A stretch of DNA of 63,883 nucleotides, filler included, from an uncultured Chlamydiae bacterium (GTDB lineage Bacteria; Chlamydiota; Chlamydiia; Chlamydiales; SM23-39): assembly GCA_937899275.1 (NCBI GenBank). It is 6 parts of 6 records of this genome, joined end to end, with 100 filler letters (N's around TTAATTAATTAA, not from the genome) between each part and the next. Parts side by side here need not be neighbours in the genome. Positions count along the whole stretch, not along the records: positions 1 to 28,497 come from CALBPE010000059.1; 5 more parts are not named here. One strand, written 5' to 3'. This document shows positions 1 through 9,000 of the stretch, in pieces; the stretch's first letter is position 1, and each line of letters opens with the position of its first letter. A program made the translations under genes and the position numbers. The notes under the pieces are model-generated. The model saw nothing but the letters and a program-made list of their open reading frames with translations. It had not been told where the DNA came from and ran no database searches.

Positions 1-377
1 GCCCATAGACGGTTTTCTGGCAGCTGAAAAATTTCTAAGCTTACTGCAAGAGCCATCTTAATGGCTTCTTCTTTAAAGTAATCACCAAAAGAAAAATTAC
101 CCAACATCTCAAAAAATGTAAGGTGGCGTTTTGTATGGCCTACATTTTCTAAATCGTTGTGTTTACCTCCAGCGCGAAGACACTTTTGCACGGTAGATGC
201 TCGCAGAGTCTCTGGTTTTTTTTTACCTAAAAAAACGTCTTTGAACCGGTTCATTCCTGCGTTGATGAACAAAAGGGAAGGATCATTTTTTGGTACAACG
301 GGAGAAGAGGGCAAAATCTTGTGATCCCGTTTTGCAAAATAAGCTAAGAACTTTTTTCGAATTTCTTGAGAAAGCAT
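1..377 (-). CDS. alaS: Alanine--tRNA ligase, N-terminal part (runs off the window start)
   Basis: Not in the ORF track. The minus strand from ATG at 377 reads [52 protein letters not shown]...[43 protein letters not shown], the canonical AlaRS N-terminus. Confidence 0.95.
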   Translation of the reverse strand, partial: MLSQEIRKKFLAYFAKRDHKILPSSPVVPKNDPSLLFINAGMNRFKDVFLGKKKPETLRASTVQKCLRAGGKHNDLENVGHTKRHLTFFEMLGNFSFGDYFKEEAIKMALAVSLEIFQLPENRLW

Positions 378-446
378 GTGCATTATCATAAAGGATCTAC
401 AGGGAAAAGTCAAAAGCCTTGAAGGATTTTTTTGTAACGATATATA

Positions 447-2459
447 GTGAAAGATCACAAGGAGATCATCATGGATGCGGAATATAAAACGCTATTGAAA
501 AGCGTTGCAAATACAATACGCGGGCTATCAATCGATAGTGTGGAAAAAGCGAATTCAGGGCATCCAGGTCTTCCGCTTGGCTGCGCCGAGCTGGGAGCGT
601 TTATTTATGGAGAGCTATTAAACCAAAATCCCAAAGAGCCTCATTGGATGGCAAGGGATCACTTTGTCCTTTCTGCAGGTCATGGCAGCGCTTGGCTTTA
701 TTCTTGTTTGCATCTTGCAGGTTATGATCTTTCCATGCAGGAGCTTAAGCGGTTTCGGCAGCTGCATAGCAAAACCCCCGGTCACCCAGAGTACGGCCAT
801 ACTGCAGGGGTAGAAGTGACAACAGGACCTTTAGGTCAAGGAGTTGCAAATGCTGCTGGTATGGCTCTTGGCATGAAGATGATCGCAGATTTATGCAATG
901 ACCAAAACCATCCTATTTTTCAGAATAAGGTATTTTGCCTTTGCGGCGATGGATGCATTATGGAAGGGATTTCGTCTGAAGCATCTTCCCTTGCGGGGCA
1001 TTTAGGGCTAAACAATTTTGTATTGATGCATGATGCCAATAAAATTTGTTTAGACGGCCCCTTAGAAGAAAACTGCTCTGAAGATACAAAAGCGCGCTAC
1101 CGCTCTTATGGATTTTCCGTTTATGAAATCGATGGCTATGACTTCGATGCGATGGAAAAAGTGTTTGGGGAAATTCGGGAAAACCAGACAAAACCTGTAT
1201 TTATTCAGGTGCATACAGTGATAGGTAAAGGCTCGCCACATAAGCAAAATAGCCATAAAGCCCACGGATCTCCTTTAGGAGAAGAAGAGACGCTGTTAAC
1301 TAAAAAAGAATTAGGCATTACAAAAGAGCCGTTTTATGTGCCGCAAAAAGTACGCCAGTTTTTTGAGAAAAAACAAGAAGGATGGGATGCAACCTATCAA
1401 GACTGGCAAAAGCGCTATGCAAGTTGGGCAAAAGCGCATCCAGAAAAAAAACAGCGCTTAGATCAAATGCAGCAGGCTTTAAACGCAAAAGATATCATCT
1501 CTTCGATACAAGATCTACCGATCAAAAGTCCGATTGCTGGAAGGTCTTCTTCAAACGCGGTACTGCAAAAATTAGCAGAAGTATTTCCTCAAATTTACGG
1601 CGGGTCTGCCGATCTTTCCGGTTCAGATAAAACGATGCTAGGAGAGTACTCTATTATAAAGCCGGGGGAGTTTTCTGGGAGAAATGTGAAGTTTGGCGTA
1701 AGAGAGTTTGCTATGTCGGCTATGTGCAGCGGTATGAGCGCGCTAGGATTTTTCCGCCCCTTTTGCGGTACTTTCCTTGTGTTTTCTGACTACATGAGAA
1801 ACGCTATTCGGGTAGCTGCTCTTTCAAAATATCCTGTGATCTATCAATTCACCCATGATTCGATCTTTTTAGGAGAAGATGGCCCTACTCATCAGCCAGT
1901 AGAGCATTTGATGGCGCTTCGAGCTATTCCCCACCTTCGGGTATTTCGACCAGCAGACAGCTACGAGGTTAAAGGCTCTTGGGCAGCTGCTTTAAGCTAC
2001 CAAGGACCAAGCGCTTTGGTCTTATCAAGACAAAACCTGCCTGATATCGATAGACAAGAATCAGTATCTATAGAAGATACCGCGTTAAAAGGCGCCTATA
2101 TCGTGAGAAAAGAAAAAACCGATGCAGACTTTAGCTTATTTGCTACAGGATCAGAGGTGTCGCTTGCGCTTGAAGTAGCTGATCGTTTAGAGAAAATGGG
2201 AAAATCTGTACGCGTTGTTTCTTTTCTCTGCTGGAAGCTTTTTGAAGAGCAAACAAGCGCTTATAAAGAAAGCGTCGTAGGCAATAACCCTGGTAAAAAA
2301 GTCAGCATCGAGGCAGGATCAGATTTAGGGTGGTATAAATATATAGGAGAAAAAGGTATCGCTATCGCTGTAGAGGGATTTGGCTTATCTGCTCCTATGC
2401 AAGATATACGAACAGAATTTGGCTTTGATGCCGATGCGATTTTAGAAAGGATTCTTTGA
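447..2459 (+). CDS. tkt: Transketolase (probable start ATG 471)
   Basis: [30 protein letters not shown] (ThDP motif), [23 protein letters not shown]. Confidence 0.97.
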   Translation: MKDHKEIIMDAEYKTLLKSVANTIRGLSIDSVEKANSGHPGLPLGCAELGAFIYGELLNQNPKEPHWMARDHFVLSAGHGSAWLYSCLHLAGYDLSMQELKRFRQLHSKTPGHPEYGHTAGVEVTTGPLGQGVANAAGMALGMKMIADLCNDQNHPIFQNKVFCLCGDGCIMEGISSEASSLAGHLGLNNFVLMHDANKICLDGPLEENCSEDTKARYRSYGFSVYEIDGYDFDAMEKVFGEIRENQTKPVFIQVHTVIGKGSPHKQNSHKAHGSPLGEEETLLTKKELGITKEPFYVPQKVRQFFEKKQEGWDATYQDWQKRYASWAKAHPEKKQRLDQMQQALNAKDIISSIQDLPIKSPIAGRSSSNAVLQKLAEVFPQIYGGSADLSGSDKTMLGEYSIIKPGEFSGRNVKFGVREFAMSAMCSGMSALGFFRPFCGTFLVFSDYMRNAIRVAALSKYPVIYQFTHDSIFLGEDGPTHQPVEHLMALRAIPHLRVFRPADSYEVKGSWAAALSYQGPSALVLSRQNLPDIDRQESVSIEDTALKGAYIVRKEKTDADFSLFATGSEVSLALEVADRLEKMGKSVRVVSFLCWKLFEEQTSAYKESVVGNNPGKKVSIEAGSDLGWYKYIGEKGIAIAVEGFGLSAPMQDIRTEFGFDADAILERIL

Positions 2460-3427
2460 ATACGCTACTTTCCGATGCGCTTTATTGTAAAAAAACGCCA
2501 AGAGCTCCCGTATGGCTGATGCGTCAGGCGGGAAGGTATCTTCCAAGCTACCAAGCTCTTCGAAAACGCTATTCATTAAAAACGCTTTTCACCACAAAAG
2601 AGCTGATCGAAGAAGTCACCTTGCTGCCGATTGATGCGCTGGATCCCGATGCTGCTATCCTTTTTTCTGATATCACCATCATCGCCCTTTCCTTGGGTCT
2701 TGACCTCGATTTTGTAGAAGGGGTAGGTCCAGTTATTCATCCAAAAATCTGTACGGAAAAAGATCTAGACTCCCTTGCTTATCCCTATCTTGAAATGCCG
2801 TTTTTAGAAGAGGCAATCGCTTCTTTGAAAAAACGGCTTAAAGCGCCTTTAATCGGTTTTTGTGCAGCTCCTTTTACAGCGGCCTGCTATTTTGCAGAAA
2901 AAAAGCTTCTCTACAAAGACCCCGCGGTATTTTCTCGACTTCTTCGCAAGATCACCGACTGCACAAAATGGTACTTACAAATGCAGATCGATCAAGGGGT
3001 AGATGCGGTCCAGATCTTTGATTCTAGCGCCTATCTTTTGCCAAAAGAGCAGTTTAAAACGTATTCTCTACCCTACATAAGCGAGCTGCTGCGGTATGTA
3101 GATACAAGAAATATTCCTAGTATTGTTTTTGCCAGAGGATCTTGTGTATATAAACAAGAGCTGATCGATCTACACCCTAGAGCGATTTCTTTTGACTGGC
3201 ACGAGCCTTTATCAGATCTTAGGCGTTTTGTCCCTTCTTCTATGGCTGTACAAGGCAACTTTGATCCCGATCTTCTTTATGCAAAAGAAGAGCTCATTGC
3301 AGAGCAAATCCACAAGCACCTTCCCCAAAAACCGGGGATTATTGTAAACCTAGGTCATGGGCTAAAACCCGATATGGACCCAGGTAAAGTCAAAGCATTT
3401 GTGGATATCATTAAAAGTTATGGATGA
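2456..3427 (+). CDS. hemE: Uroporphyrinogen decarboxylase
   Basis: PVWLMRQAGRYLP, AILFSDI, QIFDS, QGNFDP, NLGHG; TTGA overlap with the tkt stop. Confidence 0.96.
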   Translation: MNTLLSDALYCKKTPRAPVWLMRQAGRYLPSYQALRKRYSLKTLFTTKELIEEVTLLPIDALDPDAAILFSDITIIALSLGLDLDFVEGVGPVIHPKICTEKDLDSLAYPYLEMPFLEEAIASLKKRLKAPLIGFCAAPFTAACYFAEKKLLYKDPAVFSRLLRKITDCTKWYLQMQIDQGVDAVQIFDSSAYLLPKEQFKTYSLPYISELLRYVDTRNIPSIVFARGSCVYKQELIDLHPRAISFDWHEPLSDLRRFVPSSMAVQGNFDPDLLYAKEELIAEQIHKHLPQKPGIIVNLGHGLKPDMDPGKVKAFVDIIKSYG

Positions 3428-4754
3428 AACGCCTTCATTAAATGAAGCTTCTTTACAAGATTTTTTACGACGCGTTCCTCGGTATACAAGCTATCCTACA
3501 GCGCCATTTTTCACCTCTATTCTTTCAGACACCTACCAGCAGATACTCAGCTGCGTAAACGGCCCTTTTTCTCTTTATATCCATATCCCTTTTTGCCGGA
3601 AGATGTGCCTTTTTTGCGCCTGTTCTGTCATCATCAATCGAAAAGAAGAGACACAAAACCTTTATGTAGATTCCTTAATCCAAGAGATCCAACAGGTGGG
3701 AAAAGCCCTTTCGGGTAACAAAACAGTCCGTGAGCTGCATTTTGGTGGCGGTACGCCGACTAATTTACACCCGGAGCAATTTGAAAGGATTTTTTCTGCA
3801 TTGGAAAACGAGTTTACCTTTACAAAAGATGCGGAATGCTCCATTGAAATCGATCCTAGAACGGTAGTAGAAAAAACGCATCTTCCCTATATCAGAACTA
3901 GATTTCAAAGGGTGAGCTTAGGGGTACAAGATACGAACGCTTCTGTACAAGAAGCGGTGAGAAGAAGGCAGACGAAAGAGGTGACTGCCAAAGTAGTACA
4001 AGAGGCAAGAAATCTACAGTTTTCTGGCATCAATATCGATCTAATCTATGGGCTTCCCTTGCAGACAAAAAAAAGCTTTAAAAAAACCGTAGAAGAGATC
4101 ATTGAGATGCGTCCCGATCGCATTGCCCTTTTTTCTTACGCAAAAGTGCCTTTTTTAAAACCCCACCAAAAAGCCATTCGAAACCAAGACCTACCAAAAG
4201 ATCAAGAAAAGTTCCAGATGTATCTGCAAGCAAGAAAGCAGTTCATCCAGGCAGGTTATATCCCGATTGGTATGGATCATTTTGCCCAGCCAAAAGATCC
4301 TTTGGTAAAGGCGTATCAAAAGGGGTTACTATACCGCAATTTTCAAGGCTATGGTATCCATCAAGCAGACCATATGTTAGGTTTTGGAGTCAGCGCAATT
4401 GGCTTTGCTCTTGGTACATATATCCAAAATACCAAAGACCTTACCTCTTATCATGAAGCGGTAAAAAAGGGGGTGTTTCCGGTAGAAAGAGGAAAAAAAC
4501 AGACTCCTGATGATCGAAAACGCTACCAGGTTATTCAAAAAATCATGTGTCAGTTTAGCTACAGCTTTACCCAACAAGAAATGGAGCTATTTTCTGCAGA
4601 AATCGCTGCATTGAAAAAAGAAAAACGCCTTGTGGTATTTTCTGGAAATACCCTACAAGTAACGCCCCTTGGACGGGTGTTTATCCGCAACGTTGCCTCT
4701 ACTTTTGATGCCTATCTGGAAGAAAATCCCAGTAGCTATGCAGGATCGGTATGA
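3420..4754 (+). CDS. hemN: Oxygen-independent coproporphyrinogen III oxidase (radical SAM)
   Basis: PRYTSYPT, HIPFCxxxCxFCAC, GGGTP, IGMDHF, RNFQGY; lies between hemE and hemY. ATG 3420 preferred over the track's GTG 3399. Confidence 0.95.
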   Translation: MDETPSLNEASLQDFLRRVPRYTSYPTAPFFTSILSDTYQQILSCVNGPFSLYIHIPFCRKMCLFCACSVIINRKEETQNLYVDSLIQEIQQVGKALSGNKTVRELHFGGGTPTNLHPEQFERIFSALENEFTFTKDAECSIEIDPRTVVEKTHLPYIRTRFQRVSLGVQDTNASVQEAVRRRQTKEVTAKVVQEARNLQFSGINIDLIYGLPLQTKKSFKKTVEEIIEMRPDRIALFSYAKVPFLKPHQKAIRNQDLPKDQEKFQMYLQARKQFIQAGYIPIGMDHFAQPKDPLVKAYQKGLLYRNFQGYGIHQADHMLGFGVSAIGFALGTYIQNTKDLTSYHEAVKKGVFPVERGKKQTPDDRKRYQVIQKIMCQFSYSFTQQEMELFSAEIAALKKEKRLVVFSGNTLQVTPLGRVFIRNVASTFDAYLEENPSSYAGSV

Positions 4755-6019
4755 CAAAAACCATCATTATAGGCGGCGGGATTTCTGGATGGAGCTTTGC
4801 CTATTATCTCACGCAAAAAAAACCGAAAAGTCAGATCGTTCTTCTAGAAGAAAAGCCAAGTTTTGGAGGCTGGCTAAAAACTATCGATGTAGGGGGGTAT
4901 TCTTTTACAAAAGGACCAAAGTTTTTTGCCCGCCATAAATCAAAACACCTCTACCAATTGATGCAAGATGTGGGACTACAAGATGACATCATATACGCAA
5001 GTGTTGCTGCAAAAAAAAGGTATGTCTACCAAAACCAAGCTATGCACCTTTTTCCCACAAGTCTTTACCAAGCGGCGCTTTCTCCTATAACAAAAAAAAC
5101 CATTTTCCCTTAGGTAAAAGAGTACTTTCGGGCTCCTGGAGGTTTTGTACAAGAGTCTGCTGCAGGTTTTATCGAAAGGCGCTTTCGCTCTAAGGAGATT
5201 TCTGCACTTTTTGCTACGGTTATTAAAGGGATTTACGCGGTTTCTCCAGAAAGGCTATCGGTCAAAACTGCTTTTCCTCAAATGTATGATTTCGAAAAGC
5301 GCTACGGATCGATCATCAAAGCTCTTTTAAAGGCTCCTAAAGAGGAAAAAGGGCTTTTTACCCTAAGAGAAGGGCCCTATTCTTTAATCGAAGCGCTGCA
5401 GAAAAAAACGCCTATTACCTGCCGAACAAACTGCAAAGTCCACTCCGTTGCAGGAAATACCCTTCATACGAGTCAAGGAATAGTTGAGGGAGATCATATC
5501 GTTTTAGCGGCCCCTTTGCATGAGGTAAAACGCCTTTATCCCCATCCTTTTTGGAAAAAGATACCCACTCATACGATGCATAATGTGCATATGGGATTTC
5601 TAGAAAAGGTATTGCCTTATGATGGTTACGGCTACTTAACTCATGCTCAGGAAAACACCCCTATTTTAGGAGGTACATTTGATTCTCGGATGTATCCTAG
5701 AAATTCTGGGACTAGTGGAGAAAAAATCTCATTTTTTATTGGAGAAAACCCAGGATCAGCCCTTGAAGATCAAGAGCTATTTTCTCTAGCAGAAAACGCG
5801 CTTACATCTCATGTAAAGATCACAAAAAAGCCCGTAGCTAAAGCGCTTATTCGAGGAGATGATGCAGGGGTGATCTACGGGCCTAACCATGAAGAAATCG
5901 TAGATAAGATCATCAAAAATGCTCCTTCAAATCTCACGTTTTTAGGTAACTACATTGATGGAGTTTCCGTAGACTCTAGTGTAAAAAGAGCAAAGTTAGA
6001 GGCTTTTAAAACGCTTTGA
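4751..6019 (+). pseudogene. hemY: HemY/HemG-type FAD-dependent (proto/copro)porphyrinogen oxidase interrupted by one in-frame TAG (5111-5113); real pseudogene or base error
   Basis: IIGGGISG FAD motif. ORFs 4751-5113 and 5282-6019 share a frame, and the gap reads ...TIFP*VKEYFRAPGGFVQESAAGFIERRF...GIYAVSPERLSVKTAFPQMYDFEKRYGS, typical HemY sequence; C-terminal GNYIDGVSV. Confidence 0.85.
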
Positions 6020-6040
6020 AATGCATAAGAAAAAGAGCTG

Positions 6041-9000
6041 CTATTTTTCGGGAATAGAGCCTGTTAATAGGTACTTTGTAACGGGATCTTTTTTCTCCAA
6101 CGCTTTTTTAATCCCTTGATCTACCTCCTGTCGATCTGGAATTTTTGGCTTAGGACTTTCCTTTTCATCGTGTTTTTTAGGGTACACAAGCAAGACGTAT
6201 TTTTCTTGTAATGGATTGAGAGCATCGGACCATGTTTGAGGCCAAGCCTTGAGCCATTTTACACAGGCACCTATATCTATAAAAGGACTATCAGGATCTA
6301 AAAAACGACTTAGGACAACGCGGGATATCTCAGCTAGAAAGTATCTGAGCTCCACTTTTTGCTGCCTATGAAAGCTGGCTAATAGCTTTTGAGTAGGGGA
6401 TATTTCAGGGTTGTCTATTCGCTGCTCAGATTGCATTATTTTCTCTTTAATCCAGTCATCAAAAAGCTTTTGCTGCTCTTCTACTGGAACAGCAAAAGGT
6501 GTAGAAGCTGTAGGTTCTTCTTGATGCCATAGATAGTTTTTTAGGCAAAAACGGATAAAAGAAATATCACGGCTACACCCTTTGAAATAGCTGATTTGCC
6601 TTGCAAAATGAGCTTCTAGGGCCTCTTCATCTGGTGTACTAGCACCTGTCCATAATACATCGATCATTGCATCTATTTCTTGGTCATCTTTGTCTCGTTG
6701 TGTAGCTCGCTCTTTGAGCAAGAACCGCGTTGTATTTTTTGCTGCTTGGTATAAAAGAGTGAAATCTATTTTTGACTGTATTTTTTGATCTCGAAGAGCG
6801 ATTTCTTTCAAAGCTCCATCTGGCAGGAAGTTTGTTAGGCTCAAATTTTTGCGAAACACGTCTCTAAATAATGCCTGATTAAAGCAAGCACCCTCGGGAT
6901 AATTTTCTAATCCAGCTGTAAAGGGCGTATATATGTTTTTAAAAAAATGATGAACAAGCTCGCTGTCCGCTTGCGACTTACGAGGTGAGAAGGCTTCTGC
7001 TGAGGTTTTAGTGATTAGGTCCTTGTACACGGATTTTTTCTGTTTCATCAAGAAATAATCTATGTGCAGAAGATAATATAAACTAAGCTCTGGAAAAGAC
7101 ACTTCCATAGTTGGGTGTTTCTTTGTTTGACATTCCTTGATACGCTTGATTTCTTGTAGCACGTACTGGGTAAGTTTTTCTGCAAAGAGCGTTTCGTTTT
7201 TGACGTGGGAGAGAGTGCGAAATAAAAACTCTTGGAGGAGCTGCACTTTTTTCTGCTGTACAACAGCAAACTCTAAAACAGTATCGATAAAAATCCTTCT
7301 TACTTCTTTAGCGTGGAGAAAAAGAACTTCTTGTAGGTCGGGTAGAGTTTGCATGAAAAGCTCTTTGCCTCTATTTTCTTTGTAGATCTTTACAATCGAT
7401 AGATACGTATGAAAGAGCCATTTAAGATATTCTTTGTAATGGATGTTTGCCGGAAGAGGTACTTCAATTTGTTTTGGCTCATAATAGGAAGAAAGGAGAG
7501 AAACTTCTTTTATGGCATCTAGATAACTTTTTTTTGCTAATGCAAACTGGCTAGATGGTTTATTCTCTATCCGTTTTGCTTGAAAGGCGGTCTCGTATTC
7601 AGTGCATACTTTTTTAAGGAAGTCGGCGTAGTTCTCTTTAATATTTGGATCTTTTGTAAAATACATTTGACAAACTGTAGCTAACACAGGAATACCTGGT
7701 TTTTGTGCGCAGATCTTTTCTAGCTCCTTAAGAGCTTTTCGGATTCTTTTAACAATTTGCACCATTTTATCTTCATCAACCGAAAGGGATAGGTTTTTAG
7801 TAGGTGAGATATAAAATTTTGTTTCGCGTAAGCATATACCTAATGTAGAAAGCTGCTCGTTACGTAGCTGGTGGATTTTTTGCATCCCATCTAGCCAAGA
7901 TAAGATATGTCTTTTTTGGTCACTTGAGGCGAAAGAATGAAAATCTCCTGGCTGCTTTTCCTCTGGTTTTAACAAGAGATTTGGAAGGCTATCTTTTGGT
8001 GGCAAAGTAGACGCCATGAGGTCAGGTCGTAAGGCAAGTGAACATAAAAATAAAAGTTTTCGGAAAAATCTGAGAGGTTTTTCCACATCTTCGATCCAAT
8101 TTTTTAGTGTCTCTACAGGAGCTTTTGGATTGGAACTTGCTAAAGTCGTATCTTTTGGTACTTTTTTTTGCTCTAGGGCTTTGAGAAAAACGCTTTTGAT
8201 CGCTTCTGCAGCTTGTTCTACTTCTTTGTAAGTATCTCCAGTATTGGATGTGTGAAACGCTAGTTGCTGTATACTACCTGGAAGCGGCGTATTCGCTATG
8301 AAATATAGCGCAGAGTAAAGAGGCATTTGTAAAGCAGATTCTATTTTTTGGTAGATTTCTTGGTGAGCGGTTAAAAACTTTTTTGCCTTTTGCTGAATCC
8401 AGGTAGGCATAGAGCCTATTTTATCTTCTAAACCTTTGTGTAAAGAACATTGAGATGGCAAAAATTGTTTTGCTTGGAGCTGAATTTGCTGCTCAACAAG
8501 ACCTAGAGGAATTTGTTTCGGTTCTAGTAAAAAGGCGCATGCTAGATAGGTGATGTAATTTTTACACATTTTTTCACTCGTGCAAAGCGGTAGACTTTTG
8601 AGCGGTTGCCTTAGGTTTTCAGAGTGACTTTCCGGAGTACTGGTTTTTTCATCAAACATCGGATCTTGAGCTATCCTGGTAAATAAACTCTCTAATTTAA
8701 GGGTAGATTTATCATGACCAGGCATCCCTTCCAGTGCCATTAGCTCGATAAACATCTTTTCTCCTAATGAAACAAAGTGGGGGTTTTGCGAATGAAATTT
8801 AAGCGAGACACCTTCATAGAGATTTTTTGTGTGGTTTTCTAAAACTTGTAACAGCTTACTTGAGCGCAAATAGACTCCAAGAAAGATACGCACTTGTATT
8901 AACGCTCTTGTTTTTTCGTTTTGCATCACCGTTTTTGAAAAAGCGCTGCAGTTGAGACAATCTTGTGCATACTGTAGGGAAGAGAAAAAAGAGAGCCGGA

